NCBI RefSeq assembly: GCF_053078305.1
Contig: NZ_CP166879.1
Reading direction: 5' to 3' (one strand)
Length of the DNA: 64,000 bases
Shown: piece by piece, positions 14,816-26,334 of the stretch
How positions within the stretch are numbered: the stretch's first letter is position 1
Layout: every line of letters begins with the position of its first letter
Program-made: the position numbers and the translations under genes
The notes under the pieces: generated by a model
What the model was told of the DNA's origin: nothing
Seen by the model: the letters and a program-made list of their open reading frames with translations, nothing else
Database searches by the model: none

Positions 14816-16702
14816 TTACTCTTCCATCGCCTGGCGGATCTGATCCAACGACGCAGGATCATCAATGGTCGTCAGATCCCCAGGATCGCGTCCTTCGCAA
14901 ATCGCCTGGATCGTGCGGCGCAGCATTTTTCCGGATCGGGTTTTTGGCAATTGCGAGACAAACCAGACGTGCGCCGGGCGGCCAAAGTTGCCAATCTGGC
15001 TGTCCACCAGCGCCATAATCGCCTTCTCTTGCGAATGCGCCACATCACGATCTTCCAGACTGTCGCTCTCTTTCGGAATGACAAACGCCACCGCCACCTG
15101 CCCTTTCAGCGCATCTTTCACCCCAACCACCGCCACTTCGGCAACGCCCGGATGACTGGAGATACTCTCTTCAATCTCGCGCGTCCCCAGCCGATGCCCG
15201 GCAACGTTAATTACATCGTCAGTGCGCCCGAGAATAAAGTGATAACCGTCAGCATCGCGGATGCCCCAGTCAAAGGTGGCGTATACCGGGCGGGAAAACA
15301 GCGACCAGTACGTCTTCACAAAGCGGTCGTCGTCACCCCAGATGGTCTGAATACACCCCGGCGGCAGCGGCCCTTCCACCACCAGCATCCCTTTCTCGTT
15401 GACGCCACACGGTTCGCCGGTGACTTCATTAAGCAACTGCACGTTATAGCCATACATCGGCACGCCGGGGCTTCCCAGACGCGTCGGCCTGTCGTCCAGA
15501 CCGCGAGCAATCGCCATAATCGGCCAGCCGGATTCGGTCTGCCAGTAGTTGTCGATGACCGGCACATCCAGCGTATTGCTCACCCAACTGGCGGTCGGCT
15601 CGTCCAGCGGTTCTCCAGCCAGATAGAGCACTTCCAGCGACGAGAGATCGTGTTTGCGAATTTCAGCGGTAGGGAATTTTTTCAGCACGCGAATGGCGGT
15701 CGGCGCTGAAAACATCCGGCTAACCTGATATTTCTCGACGATTTTCCACCACACGCCGCAGTCCGGCCAGGTCGGTAATCCTTCGTAAACGATAGTCGCC
15801 ATCCCCGCCAGCAGCGGCGCGTAGACGATATACGAATGCCCCACCACCCAGCCGATATCCGAAGCACAAAAGAACACACCGCCCGCTTTGCCGCCAAAAA
15901 TGGTGTCCATCGAGGTCGCCAGCGCCACCGCATATCCGCCGACGTCACGCTGCACGCCTTTAGGTTTGCCGGTCGTGCCGGAGGTGTAGAGAATGCAGGA
16001 GGTTTCGTTGGATTCCAGCCACGCCACCGGTACCCGCGCGCCGATGTGTTGATGGCGCAACGACGCGAAATCGACATCCCGCCCGCTAACGCGCGCCATT
16101 TTCGCCAGCCCACGATCTACCAGCAAAACATGGCGCGGCTGATGCTGCGCCTGACTTATCGCATCGTCGAGCAATTTTTTATAGGGAATGATTTTGCCAC
16201 CGCGCGCTCCGGCATCTGCCGAGACAATCAGCACCGGTTTAGCGTCATCAATTCGCGCCGCCACACTGTGCGAGGCGAATCCCCCAAACACCACCGAGTG
16301 AATAGCGCCAATGCGCGCGCAGGCCAGCAGGGTAATATGCGCTTCGGCAATCATCGGCATATACACCAGCACCCGATCGCCACGCTGCACGCCCAGTGAG
16401 CGCAGCATTGACGCCACCGCGTTCACTTCGTCATGCAGCTGGCGAAAGGTAAAGGTGCGCTCTTCTTCTGTTTCCGAAGAGACGGCAATCAATGCCAGCG
16501 CCTCTGGCTGTTTCTCCAGCCAGCGGTCGATAGCGTTGTGACACAAGTTGGTTCGGCCTTCACAAAACCAACGGGCAAACGGCGGATTGCTGTGATCGAG
16601 CGTTTGCGTAAAGGGCGTCTGCCAGTCAATACGCCGGGCCTGCTCGGCCCAGAACTGCTCCGGTTCGTTAATCGAACGCTGATAAAATTCGCTAAAAGAC
16701 AT
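14816..16702 (-). CDS. prpE: Propionyl-CoA synthetase
   Basis: 628 aa; MSFSEFYQRSINEPEQFWAEQARRIDWQ...; AMP-binding motif YTSGTTGKPKG. Confidence 0.97.
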   Translation of the reverse strand: MSFSEFYQRSINEPEQFWAEQARRIDWQTPFTQTLDHSNPPFARWFCEGRTNLCHNAIDRWLEKQPEALALIAVSSETEEERTFTFRQLHDEVNAVASMLRSLGVQRGDRVLVYMPMIAEAHITLLACARIGAIHSVVFGGFASHSVAARIDDAKPVLIVSADAGARGGKIIPYKKLLDDAISQAQHQPRHVLLVDRGLAKMARVSGRDVDFASLRHQHIGARVPVAWLESNETSCILYTSGTTGKPKGVQRDVGGYAVALATSMDTIFGGKAGGVFFCASDIGWVVGHSYIVYAPLLAGMATIVYEGLPTWPDCGVWWKIVEKYQVSRMFSAPTAIRVLKKFPTAEIRKHDLSSLEVLYLAGEPLDEPTASWVSNTLDVPVIDNYWQTESGWPIMAIARGLDDRPTRLGSPGVPMYGYNVQLLNEVTGEPCGVNEKGMLVVEGPLPPGCIQTIWGDDDRFVKTYWSLFSRPVYATFDWGIRDADGYHFILGRTDDVINVAGHRLGTREIEESISSHPGVAEVAVVGVKDALKGQVAVAFVIPKESDSLEDRDVAHSQEKAIMALVDSQIGNFGRPAHVWFVSQLPKTRSGKMLRRTIQAICEGRDPGDLTTIDDPASLDQIRQAMEE

Positions 16703-16741
16703 AATGCTCTCCTGTTGAACTTACGCCTTACCGCCGTTTAC

Positions 16742-18193
16742 TTAAATGACGTACAGGTCGAGATACTCATTGACCGGCATCTGTTCCAGGCGAGCTCTGT
16801 CGAGAGAAACCTCCAGAATGCGCTGCTGCTGGCGAGTCGGGAACTGGCGCGCGAGATTGATTTTGAATTTATCTACCAGCTTCGGAATGCCATCCTGACG
16901 GCGGCGAGCATGACCAATTGGGTACTCCACCACCACTTCTTCAAAGCGCGTGCCGTCGGTGAACTCAAGGGTTATGGCATTGGCAATAGCGCGTTTTTCC
17001 GGGTCGTGGTAGTCAGCGGTAAATGACGGATCTTCAAAGCAATTGATCTTCTCGCGCAGGGTGTCGATGCGTTTATCTTGCGCAACGTTGTCCTCGTAAT
17101 CTGCCGCCGTTAAGCGCCCGAACAACAGCGGGATCGCCACCATGTATTGAATGCAGTGGTCGCGGTCAGCCGGGTTATTGAGCGGCCCTTTTTTGTCGAT
17201 GATGCGAATACAGGCTTCGTGGGTGCGAATGGTCACTTTTTCGATATCCGCCGCCGTTTTGCCTGCTGCTTGCATCTGTTCATAGAGCGTCATCGCCGCT
17301 TCAACTGCCGTCTGGGAGTGGAACTCCGCCGGGAAGGAGATTTTGAACAGCACATTTTCCATCACGTAAGAACCGTACGGACGCTGGAAGCGGAACGATT
17401 CACCTTTAAAGGAGACGTCGTAGAAGCCCCATACCGGCGCGGTCAGGGCTGACGGGTAACCCATTTCGCCCGTTTTCGCCATCAGTGCCAGACGTACCGC
17501 GCGGGAGGTAGCATCGCCCGCCGCCCAGGATTTACGCGTGCCGGTGTTCGGCGCATGACGATAGGTGCGCAACGACTGACCGTCTACCCACGCCAGCGAA
17601 ACGGCATTGAGGATTTCCTCGCGAGTCAGGCCGAGCATTTCAGCAACCACAGCGGTGGAAGCCACTTTCACTAACAGAACGTGGTCGAGGCCGACGCGGT
17701 TAAAGGAGTTTTCCAGCGCGATGCAGCCCTGAATTTCATGGGCTTTAATCATTCCGGTCAGCACCTGTTTCATGGTCAACGGCGCTTTGCCGCTGGCGAC
17801 CGCGTTGCGCGAAAGCCAGTCCGCCGTTGCCAGAATGCCGCCGAGATTGTCGGAAGGATGGCCCCACTCTGCCGCAAGCCAGGTATCGTTGAAATCGAGC
17901 CAGCGGATCATCGCGCCGATGTTAAATGCCGCCTGGACGGGGTCGAGCTGGAACTGAGTTCCGGGGACGCGCACGCCGTTGGGTACGACGGTGCCCGGAA
18001 CAATTGGCCCCAGCAGTTTTTTACAGGCCGGGTATTCGAGAGCTTCCAGACCGCAGCCGAGCGTGTCGAGCAGGCAGTAATGTGCGGTGTCGTAGGCCAC
18101 TTTAGAGCTGATTTCGTAGTTCATGACGTAATCGACGATATCAACGATTTCACGATCAAATTCCGGGCGGATGTTGTTGATTTGAGCTGACAT
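16742..18193 (-). CDS. prpD: 2-methylcitrate dehydratase
   Basis: 483 aa; MmgE/PrpD family; position in prpBCDE. Confidence 0.97.
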   Translation of the reverse strand: MSAQINNIRPEFDREIVDIVDYVMNYEISSKVAYDTAHYCLLDTLGCGLEALEYPACKKLLGPIVPGTVVPNGVRVPGTQFQLDPVQAAFNIGAMIRWLDFNDTWLAAEWGHPSDNLGGILATADWLSRNAVASGKAPLTMKQVLTGMIKAHEIQGCIALENSFNRVGLDHVLLVKVASTAVVAEMLGLTREEILNAVSLAWVDGQSLRTYRHAPNTGTRKSWAAGDATSRAVRLALMAKTGEMGYPSALTAPVWGFYDVSFKGESFRFQRPYGSYVMENVLFKISFPAEFHSQTAVEAAMTLYEQMQAAGKTAADIEKVTIRTHEACIRIIDKKGPLNNPADRDHCIQYMVAIPLLFGRLTAADYEDNVAQDKRIDTLREKINCFEDPSFTADYHDPEKRAIANAITLEFTDGTRFEEVVVEYPIGHARRRQDGIPKLVDKFKINLARQFPTRQQQRILEVSLDRARLEQMPVNEYLDLYVI

Positions 18194-18226
18194 TGGGTAC
18201 GTTTCCTTATTGTTATTCGTAGAGGT

Positions 18227-19396
18227 TTACTGGCGCTTATCCAGCGCGACAAACTGGCGGTCTTCCGGTCCAACATAATTGGCGGAAGGACGGATAATTT
18301 TGTTGTCCTGACGTTGTTCGATAATGTGCGCCGCCCAGCCGGTGACGCGGGCGATAACAAACAGTGGTGTGAACATCTCGGTGGGAACGCCCATCATGTT
18401 GTAGGAAACAGCGGAGAACCAGTCGAGATTGGGGAACATCTTTTTGCTCTCCCACATCACCGTTTCCAGACGATCGGCGATGTTGTACATCTTCAGCGAG
18501 CCGCCTTCCTGCGAGAGCTGCTTCGCCACACGTTTGATCACCTGATGACGCGGGTCGGCGATGGTATAAACCGGATGACCAAAACCAATGACCACTTCTT
18601 TGTTTTCCACCCGCTTGCGGATATCGGCTTCGGCTTCGTCTGGCGTTTCGTAGCGTTGCTGGATCTCCAGCGACACTTCATTCGCCCCGCCGTGTTTTGG
18701 CCCGCGTAGTGCGCCAATCGCGCCAATAATCGCGGAATACATATCAGAGCCGGTGCCCGCAATCACCCGACTGGTAAAGGTGGAGGCGTTAAACTCGTGT
18801 TCGGCGTACAGCACCAGCGAAATATGCATCGCCTTTTCCCAGCTTTGCGATGGCTTTTCGCCATGCAGCAGATGCAGGAAGTGACCGCCGATGGAGTCGT
18901 CATCGGTTTCCGGCTGGATACGTTCGCCGTTATGGCTGTAGTGATACCAATAAAGGAGAATCGAGCTAAGTGATGCCAGCAGTTTGTCGGCAATATCCCG
19001 CGCGCCAGAGACGGTATGCCCCTCTTTTTCTGGCAGCGTGCAGCCGAGCGCGGAAACGCCGGTGCGCATAACATCCATCGGGTGTGACGCCGCCGGTAAG
19101 GCTTCCAGCACGGTACGCACGTTAGCCGGTAAACCGCGCAGGGCTTTCAGTTTCGTTTTGTAGGCGGCGAGTTCGTCACGGGTCGGCAGTTTGCCGTGGA
19201 TCAGCAGATGCGCCACTTCTTCAAATTCGCAATGTTCCGCCAGATCAAGAATATCGTAGCCACGGTAATGCAAGTCATTGCCACTTTTACCCACGGTGCA
19301 GAGCGCCGTATTGCCCGCCGGAACGCCAGAAAGCGCCACAGATTTTTTCGGTTTAATGACATGGGTACTGTTTTGCAGGATCGTTGTGTCGCTCAT
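18227..19396 (-). CDS. prpC: 2-methylcitrate synthase
   Basis: 389 aa citrate-synthase family (GFGHPVY, MKQ-type motifs). Confidence 0.97.
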   Translation of the reverse strand: MSDTTILQNSTHVIKPKKSVALSGVPAGNTALCTVGKSGNDLHYRGYDILDLAEHCEFEEVAHLLIHGKLPTRDELAAYKTKLKALRGLPANVRTVLEALPAASHPMDVMRTGVSALGCTLPEKEGHTVSGARDIADKLLASLSSILLYWYHYSHNGERIQPETDDDSIGGHFLHLLHGEKPSQSWEKAMHISLVLYAEHEFNASTFTSRVIAGTGSDMYSAIIGAIGALRGPKHGGANEVSLEIQQRYETPDEAEADIRKRVENKEVVIGFGHPVYTIADPRHQVIKRVAKQLSQEGGSLKMYNIADRLETVMWESKKMFPNLDWFSAVSYNMMGVPTEMFTPLFVIARVTGWAAHIIEQRQDNKIIRPSANYVGPEDRQFVALDKRQ

Positions 19397-19436
19397 ATTG
19401 TCCTCGTCATTGTTATCATTTGTAGGGTCGAGATTG

Positions 19437-19533
19437 TTGTCGGATGCGACGCCATGCGTCTTATCCGACCTACAGTTCAGTACACCCCGTAGGCCTGATA
19501 AGTCGCGTCAGCGGCGCATCAGGCATCGGTTGT
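19437..19533. repeat. REP/BIME element between prpC and prpB
   Basis: gtcggatgcgacgccatgcgtcttatccgacctaca...taggcctgataagtcgcgtcagcggcgcatcaggc. Confidence 0.85.
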
Positions 19534-19556
19534 CGAATACAACCAACGGGCGTTTA

Positions 19557-20447
19557 TTATTTCACCTGGTTACGGGCAAACAGGTCGTCGAGCTTCTCTT
19601 CGTACTGGTAGTAGTTGATGCTTTCGTACAGCTCGTTGCGGGTTTGCATGGTGTCGATGACGCTTTTCTGCGTGCCTTCCTGGCGCAGGACGTTGTAGAC
19701 ATGTTCAGCGGCGCGGTTCATGGCGCGGAACGCTGAAAGCGGGTACAGCGCCATTGCGACATGGGCGCTGCGTAATTCGTCGGTGGTAAACAGCGGCGTG
19801 GCACCAAATTCGGTAATATTGGCGAGGATCGGCACCTGCACCGCATCGGCAAACTGGCGGTACATGGCGAGTTCGGTAATCGCCTCCGGGAACAACATCT
19901 CGGCACCCGCTTCAACATAGGCCTGCGCACGCTCGATCGCCGCATCCAGCCCCTCTACCGCCAGCGCATCGGTGCGCGCCATGATCACAAAATCAGGATC
20001 GGTTTTCGCATCCACCGCCGCGCGGATCCGATCCACCATCTCCTCTTTCGAGACGATCGCTTTATTCGGACGATGACCGCAGCGTTTCGCACCAACCTGA
20101 TCTTCAATATGCAATCCTGCCGCACCAGCTTTAATCATCGATTTCACGGTGCGCGCCACGTTAAAGGCCGAAGAACCAAAACCGATATCCGCATCCACCA
20201 GCAGCGGCAGCGAACAAACGTCGGTGATACGGCGAATGTCGGTCAGCACATCATCAAGGGTAGAAATACCGAGATCGGGCAGCCCCAGCGACCCTGCCGC
20301 CACGCCACCGCCGGAGAGATAAATTGCCTGATATCCGGCACGCTGCGCCAGCAGCGCATGGTTGGCGTTAATGGTGCCAACAATCTGCAATGGATTTTCT
20401 TTAGTCAGTGCAGCGCGAAACACTTTACCTGGGGAGTGTAGAGACAT
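19557..20447 (-). CDS. prpB: 2-methylisocitrate lyase
   Basis: 296 aa; [48 protein letters not shown]... Confidence 0.97.
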   Translation of the reverse strand: MSLHSPGKVFRAALTKENPLQIVGTINANHALLAQRAGYQAIYLSGGGVAAGSLGLPDLGISTLDDVLTDIRRITDVCSLPLLVDADIGFGSSAFNVARTVKSMIKAGAAGLHIEDQVGAKRCGHRPNKAIVSKEEMVDRIRAAVDAKTDPDFVIMARTDALAVEGLDAAIERAQAYVEAGAEMLFPEAITELAMYRQFADAVQVPILANITEFGATPLFTTDELRSAHVAMALYPLSAFRAMNRAAEHVYNVLRQEGTQKSVIDTMQTRNELYESINYYQYEEKLDDLFARNQVK

Positions 20448-20492
20448 AGCCCATCCTTTGTTATCAACTTGTTATTTGCGTTGATAAACACA

Positions 20493-20510
20493 AAGCAAGG
20501 GGTGTGCCAC
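20493..20510 (-). promoter_or_regulatory. Sigma-54 promoter of prpBCDE (-24 TGGCAC / -12 TTGC)
   Basis: Plus strand gcaaggggtgtgcca, i.e. TGGCAC-N5-TTGC on the minus strand about 45 bp upstream of prpB; PrpR is a sigma-54 activator. Confidence 0.8.
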
Positions 20511-20685
20511 AATTGCCTTAATAAAATTAAATCTTTAATTTCAATTTGTTAGAGATAAAGTCATGAACTAATCCGCAAATATGCGTTTCAGTTAACGTTT
20601 CAGGCAATGTTTCACCGCGTTTCATTGCAACAATTATGAAACAAGACTAAACCCAATATTCGGTTTCTTAACTTTGCGGTGCGCT

Positions 20686-22272
20686 ATGGCACATCCACCA
20701 CGGCTGAATGACGACAAACCGGTTATCTGGACGGTATCTGTAACGCGCCTGTTCGAGCTGTTTCGCGATATCAGCCTCGAGTTTGATCACCTGGCGAACA
20801 TTACCCCTATTCAGCTTGGCTTTGAAAAAGCAGTGACCTACATCCGCAAGAAACTGGCAAACGAACGCTGTGACGCCATCATCGCTGCTGGCTCTAACGG
20901 CGCGTACCTGAAAAGCCGCCTGTCAGTGCCAGTTATTTTGATTAAACCGAGCGGCTACGATGTGTTACAGGCACTGGCAAAAGCCGGAAAGCTCACCTCT
21001 TCTATCGGCGTTGTCACTTATCAGGAAACTATTCCGGCACTGGTGGCGTTTCAAAAAACCTTTAATTTGCGCCTCGATCAACGTAGCTACATTACCGAGG
21101 AAGACGCACGCGGGCAGATTAACGAGCTAAAAGCTAACGGCACCGAAGCGGTGGTCGGTGCGGGGCTGATTACCGATCTGGCAGAAGAAGCCGGAATGAC
21201 CGGAATTTTTATCTATTCCGCCGCCACCGTGCGCCAGGCGTTCAGCGATGCGCTGGATATGACGCGCATGTCGTTACGCCATAACACTCACGATGCCACC
21301 CGCAACGCCCTGAGAACTCGTTACGTGCTGGGCGATATGCTCGGTCAATCACCACAGATGGAACAAGTACGGCAGACTATTTTGCTGTATGCCCGCTCCA
21401 GTGCAGCGGTGTTGATTGAGGGGGAAACGGGGACGGGCAAAGAGCTGGCGGCCCAGGCAATTCATCGGGAATATTTTGCCCGCCACGATGCGCGACAGGG
21501 CAAAAAGTCGCATCCGTTTGTTGCCGTCAACTGCGGGGCGATTGCCGAATCGCTGCTGGAAGCGGAGCTGTTTGGCTATGAGGAAGGGGCGTTTACCGGC
21601 TCGCGACGCGGAGGTCGTGCCGGGCTGTTTGAAATCGCCCACGGTGGCACGCTGTTTTTGGATGAGATTGGCGAAATGCCGCTACCTTTGCAGACTCGCC
21701 TGTTACGGGTGCTGGAAGAAAAAGAGGTCACCCGCGTCGGCGGGCATCAGCCTGTTCCGGTAGATGTACGGGTCATTAGCGCCACTCACTGCAATCTGGA
21801 AGAAGATATGCAGCAAGGACGTTTTCGCCGTGATCTGTTTTATCGGCTGAGTATTTTGCGTCTGCAATTGCCACCACTCCGCGAGCGGGTGGCGGATATT
21901 CTTCCGCTGGCGGAAAGCTTTTTGAAAGTGTCTCTGGCGGCGCTCTCCGCCCCGTTTTCTGCCGCATTACGCCAGGGATTACAGGCAAGCGAAACCGTGC
22001 TGATGCACTACGACTGGCCGGGCAATATTCGTGAACTGCGCAATATGATGGAGCGACTGGCGCTATTTTTAAGTGTGGAACCGACGCCGGATTTAACGCC
22101 GCAGTTTTTGCAGCTGCTACTGCCGGAACTGGCACGCGAGTCGGCGAAAATTCCCGCTCCACGCTTACTGACACCACAACAGGCACTGGAGAAATTTAAA
22201 GGCGATAAAACAGCAGCGGCGAATTATTTAGGCATCAGCCGGACGACGTTCTGGCGGCGGCTGAAAAACTGA
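20686..22272 (+). CDS. prpR: Sigma-54-dependent propionate catabolism activator
   Basis: [26 protein letters not shown]...; AAA+ sigma-54 interaction domain ([14 protein letters not shown]), C-terminal HTH. Confidence 0.96.
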   Translation: MAHPPRLNDDKPVIWTVSVTRLFELFRDISLEFDHLANITPIQLGFEKAVTYIRKKLANERCDAIIAAGSNGAYLKSRLSVPVILIKPSGYDVLQALAKAGKLTSSIGVVTYQETIPALVAFQKTFNLRLDQRSYITEEDARGQINELKANGTEAVVGAGLITDLAEEAGMTGIFIYSAATVRQAFSDALDMTRMSLRHNTHDATRNALRTRYVLGDMLGQSPQMEQVRQTILLYARSSAAVLIEGETGTGKELAAQAIHREYFARHDARQGKKSHPFVAVNCGAIAESLLEAELFGYEEGAFTGSRRGGRAGLFEIAHGGTLFLDEIGEMPLPLQTRLLRVLEEKEVTRVGGHQPVPVDVRVISATHCNLEEDMQQGRFRRDLFYRLSILRLQLPPLRERVADILPLAESFLKVSLAALSAPFSAALRQGLQASETVLMHYDWPGNIRELRNMMERLALFLSVEPTPDLTPQFLQLLLPELARESAKIPAPRLLTPQQALEKFKGDKTAAANYLGISRTTFWRRLKN

Positions 22273-22372
22273 ACTGCCGAATGCAGCGCGAACGCTTTAT
22301 CCGGCATAAATTTCAATAGATGATGATCACCGATAAACTTACGCATCGGGGATGTTTACATAGGGTTCAGAA

Positions 22373-22648
22373 TTACTTCTTCTTATAAATATTTGCCGTG
22401 CCGTGGATCTTATTGTCAGTTTGACCGGAGGTCAGTACCAACACATCAGCCCCTTTTTCATCCGCTTTTTTGATCAAATCCTCTTTCGCATCTGCGGTCG
22501 ACATTTCATTACTGGTTGAAATATCACCTATTTTTTCATATTGCGATTCGACTTTTTCAAATTCCGCTTTAGTCATCAATTCAGCGGCATAGACATTGGT
22601 AACGGCAAACGCTAACGCACCGACTAACATTTTAGAGATTATTTTCAT
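22373..22648 (-). CDS. yahO: Periplasmic DUF1471-family protein
   Basis: 91 aa with signal peptide [21 protein letters not shown]. Confidence 0.9.
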   Translation of the reverse strand: MKIISKMLVGALAFAVTNVYAAELMTKAEFEKVESQYEKIGDISTSNEMSTADAKEDLIKKADEKGADVLVLTSGQTDNKIHGTANIYKKK

Positions 22649-22794
22649 ATTACGGCTCCAGAGTTGTTATCACACTATCACCCACCCACATTATTGGGTT
22701 GATTAATAATTAGTTCAGTCAGGGCATAAACGCCAGTAACCGGAAATAAGACACTTTGTGATCTCTCTCGCACCCGATTATTTTTGGTAGAAAT

Positions 22795-23466
22795 ATGATG
22801 CAGTTAGTTCACTTATTTATGGATGAAATCACTATGGATCCTTTGCATGCCGTTTACCTGACCGTAGGACTGTTCGTGATTACTTTTTTTAATCCGGGAG
22901 CCAATCTTTTTGTGGTAGTACAAACCAGCCTGGCTTCCGGTCGACGCGCAGGAGTGCTGACCGGACTGGGCGTGGCGCTGGGCGATGCATTTTATTCCGG
23001 GTTGGGTTTGTTTGGTCTTGCAACGCTAATTACGCAGTGTGAGGAGATTTTTTCGCTTATCAGAATCGTCGGCGGCGCTTATCTCTTATGGTTTGCGTGG
23101 TGCAGCATGCGCCGCCAGTCAACACCGCAAATGAGCACACTACAACAACCGATTAACGCCCCCTGGTATGTCTTTTTTCGCCGCGGATTAATTACCGATC
23201 TCTCTAACCCGCAAACCGTTTTATTTTTTATTAGTATTTTCTCAGTAACATTAAATGCCGAAACACCAACATGGGCACGTTTAATGGCCTGGTCGGGGAT
23301 TGTGCTCGCATCAATTATCTGGCGAGTCTTTCTTAGTCAGGCGTTTTCTTTGCCCGCTGTGCGTCGTGCTTATGGGCGTATGCAACGCGTTGCCAGTCGG
23401 GTTATTGGTGCAATTATTGGTGTATTCGCGCTACGCCTGATTTACGAAGGGGTGACGCAGCGGTGA
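22795..23466 (+). CDS. yahN: LysE/RhtB-family amino acid exporter
   Basis: 223 aa multi-pass membrane protein. Confidence 0.88.
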   Translation: MMQLVHLFMDEITMDPLHAVYLTVGLFVITFFNPGANLFVVVQTSLASGRRAGVLTGLGVALGDAFYSGLGLFGLATLITQCEEIFSLIRIVGGAYLLWFAWCSMRRQSTPQMSTLQQPINAPWYVFFRRGLITDLSNPQTVLFFISIFSVTLNAETPTWARLMAWSGIVLASIIWRVFLSQAFSLPAVRRAYGRMQRVASRVIGAIIGVFALRLIYEGVTQR

Positions 23467-23482
23467 GCAGATAATTTACTCT

Positions 23483-23728
23483 CTACGTAATCAACCTGAT
23501 TTGCCGAATCCCGACCATCGGCGATGATAGCCCCCGTAATGCGTGGTCCTTATTTCCGATAAGTTTACTTGAGTCTTTAGCTTCCCATTTCAGCCCACTC
23601 TCCCCTGTGTGGGCTTTTTTCATTGATCTGACCCGTCCTGAATAGCCAAACAATGGCAATGTTCCACTTTGCAGGGATGATAATAAGGGGATCTGATTCA
23701 GAAGAGTTTTGAAAAGTTGGACCGCCAT
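23483..23728 (-). CDS. yahM: Small protein YahM (uncharacterised)
   Basis: Position between yahN and yahL; an 81-aa product results if the second Met of the 91-aa track ORF is used. Confidence 0.5.
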   Translation of the reverse strand: MAVQLFKTLLNQIPLLSSLQSGTLPLFGYSGRVRSMKKAHTGESGLKWEAKDSSKLIGNKDHALRGLSSPMVGIRQIRLIT

Positions 23729-24140
23729 CGAGGCCTCGAACCCCGTACCATACAACAATCCTGGTTGTCGTCTGCTCTTCCTGATGAGCTAATGGCGGTT
23801 TTTGATATGAGCCTTACAGCATATTTTCTGTCAGGCTTGAGTGCGATGCGTAAGATACAGAAAAGACCCCACACAAACATGATGGAATTATGATTTTTTT
23901 CATATGAATGTCAACCCACACATTCACAAAACATCTGCATGAGATCATTTTTTATACACCGCATGGCTGCGAAACCACTACTGGTGCTTTTTTAAGCGAA
24001 GTGTCGCCGATCACAACAAAATATCGGCGAAAAAAGAGATGGAATGCCAGTTGGCATACAGATATACAGATGAAATGATTACCTGCATTGCGATTCACTC
24101 TCTGGTGGAATAACAACTTGCAGGTGGAACCCTTTCTGAA

Positions 24141-24956
24141 CTAAAGAGTGTAGCGAATTTTAACGTGCTTATTTACAGGATAATATCTGTCACCTAATTC
24201 CTGCACTCTATTAGATATCCATTCATTTAATCGTGCATCATCTCTGTATGTTTTTACGTCCAGAACAGAGAGCAATAACATCACCAGTGATTCAGGAAAA
24301 ACAGGGTAGATATTTTTTAAGTGTAATAATAATCCATGCGCAAGCGCTTGCTTAATGGGCGCGTCTGTCTCCGGAATAGACGACATTTCGCGAAGCCATT
24401 TTTCCACATGCATACACTCTTTCCCTTTAGGGAAAAGTCTCAGCAAAGGCATATGGTGTTCAAGAAGAATACATTTGCAATCTGTTCGCACTGAATTGAT
24501 AAACTGCACTAATTTCTTAAGCCCGGTAAAGCGTCCAGCCTGCACATTTGCTTTAATATCAAGAAACGCATCATCCTGGTCATATACCCAAACTGTCCCT
24601 TTTTGATTTTCAAGTATGCGAAAAACAAACTTAACCGGGTGATCAGGGTAATCCATCCAGTCATAAAATCCAGGGAAATCATTAAACTGCACATTTATGG
24701 TGAGTGCGTTATCGTCTGACCACTCACAGTCTCGTACGGCAGCCATGAGATGAATGAGTTTGTCGTCATCGACTAAATCATCACGACAATCATAAGGATA
24801 ATCATAATATTGTTTAATCAAAACCTTGAATATATCGACACAGGAAACCAGGGAGCTTTTGATATCCTCTGGTAACTGATTGTTTTTAACCGTATTAAGT
24901 ATGCTTTGTTGCGTATATGGCATCAAATTATTGCGCGGAGCTTTTAATGATATCAT
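24141..24956 (-). CDS. yahL: Uncharacterised protein YahL
   Basis: 271 aa ORF in AT-rich DNA; size and position match yahL. Confidence 0.8.
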   Translation of the reverse strand: MISLKAPRNNLMPYTQQSILNTVKNNQLPEDIKSSLVSCVDIFKVLIKQYYDYPYDCRDDLVDDDKLIHLMAAVRDCEWSDDNALTINVQFNDFPGFYDWMDYPDHPVKFVFRILENQKGTVWVYDQDDAFLDIKANVQAGRFTGLKKLVQFINSVRTDCKCILLEHHMPLLRLFPKGKECMHVEKWLREMSSIPETDAPIKQALAHGLLLHLKNIYPVFPESLVMLLLSVLDVKTYRDDARLNEWISNRVQELGDRYYPVNKHVKIRYTL

Positions 24957-25198
24957 CGCGATCTCTCTTAAATAAAAATAAACGTCGCAGATAATAAAGC
25001 TCTAATTAAACCAGGCACTATCAGAAATCGCTCATAACTAACGTGAGAAGTATTGTGTACTGGAGGGAGTTAATTTAACAATTTGAATTTACGTTATAGG
25101 TTTTACTGCTACTTTGATATTATTTCGCTCTCCTTAACTAAAAAGTTAAGTGGAGAGCGAAGTTAATATGTTAAATCACAGGGTATTTATTAATTTTT

Positions 25199-26248
25199 TC
25201 AGTCTGTTAGTGTGCGATTATCGATAACAAAACGATATTTCACATCACCGCGCAGCATTCGCTCATAGGCTTCATTAATTTGATCGGCCCGAATCATCTC
25301 TATATCAGCCACGATGCCATGTTCGGCGCAAAAATCGAGCATCTCCTGAGTTTCTGGAATGCCGCCAATCATAGAACCGGCTATCGCACGGCGTTTCATG
25401 ATCAGGTTGAAAACTTCCGGCGATTTATGCGGTGTCGCAGGCGCACCAACCAGCGTCATGGTGCCATCACGCTTCAGCAAGGTGGTAAAATCGTCGAGAT
25501 TATGTGGCGCAGCTACTGTATTCAAAATGAAATCGAAACTCTTCAGATGAGCCGCCATCTCATCGGCATTGCGTGAGTTAACAACTTCATCGGCCCCCAG
25601 GGCTTTTGCCGCTTCGCGTTTTGCCTCAGAAGTGGTAAATGCCACCACATGTGCCCCCATCGCGTGGGCCAGCTTAATCCCCATATGTCCCAGACCGCCG
25701 ATGCCGACCACGCCCACTTTTTTACCCGGCCCGGCCTGCCAGTGACGTAGCGGCGAGTACGTGGTGATCCCTGCACACAACAAAGGAGCCACCGCCGCCA
25801 GCTGCTCTTGCGGGTGACGAATACGCAGAACATATCGCTCATGAACGACGATCTGTTGTGAGTAGCCGCCCAGCGTATGGCCCGGTTCGTCCGGCGTCGG
25901 CGAGTTATAGGTGCCGGTCATGTGATCACAGTAGTTTTCCAGCCCGTCTTCACACTCTTCGCAATGTTTACAACTGTCGACAATGCAGCCGACACCGACC
26001 AGATCGCCCAGCGCATGTTTTTCTACCTGATCACCAACGGCTACCACACGCCCCACAATTTCATGACCCGGCACGCAGGGGTAAACCGTCCCCGCCCACT
26101 CGGAACGGACCTGGTGGAGATCGGAATGGCAGACGCCACAGTAAGCGATTTCGATTTTGACATCATTCGGTCCCGGTTCACGCCGTGTGATATCCATCGG
26201 TTCAAGTGGTTGTTTAGCGGAATATGCACCAACAGCTTTGATCTTCAT
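25199..26248 (-). CDS. yahK: NADPH-dependent aldehyde reductase (Zn-dependent ADH family)
   Basis: 349 aa; MKIKAVGAYSAKQPLEPMDITRREPGPNDVKIEIAYCGVCHSDLHQ...; Rossmann motif GVVGIGGLGH. Confidence 0.95.
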   Translation of the reverse strand: MKIKAVGAYSAKQPLEPMDITRREPGPNDVKIEIAYCGVCHSDLHQVRSEWAGTVYPCVPGHEIVGRVVAVGDQVEKHALGDLVGVGCIVDSCKHCEECEDGLENYCDHMTGTYNSPTPDEPGHTLGGYSQQIVVHERYVLRIRHPQEQLAAVAPLLCAGITTYSPLRHWQAGPGKKVGVVGIGGLGHMGIKLAHAMGAHVVAFTTSEAKREAAKALGADEVVNSRNADEMAAHLKSFDFILNTVAAPHNLDDFTTLLKRDGTMTLVGAPATPHKSPEVFNLIMKRRAIAGSMIGGIPETQEMLDFCAEHGIVADIEMIRADQINEAYERMLRGDVKYRFVIDNRTLTD

Positions 26249-26334
26249 TGTGTTTACTCCTGATTAGCTATGTGTATTTGGCGACGCCTGATATGTCATC
26301 GCGGCAAAACGCGTCCATTGAATATAGCCAATAT

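Noticed and set aside
14645-15709. 354-aa plus-strand ORF (with a shorter sibling at 14551-14736)
   Set aside because: Begins inside the REP array (MIRRVSVASGI... is a translation of REP units) and runs antisense through prpE; Arg-rich low-complexity product typical of a GC-rich antisense frame.
23718-23800. Stretch containing gaggcctcgaacccc reminiscent of a tRNA T-arm
   Set aside because: No convincing cloverleaf (no acceptor stem or anticodon arm) could be built; overlaps the probable yahM coding region.
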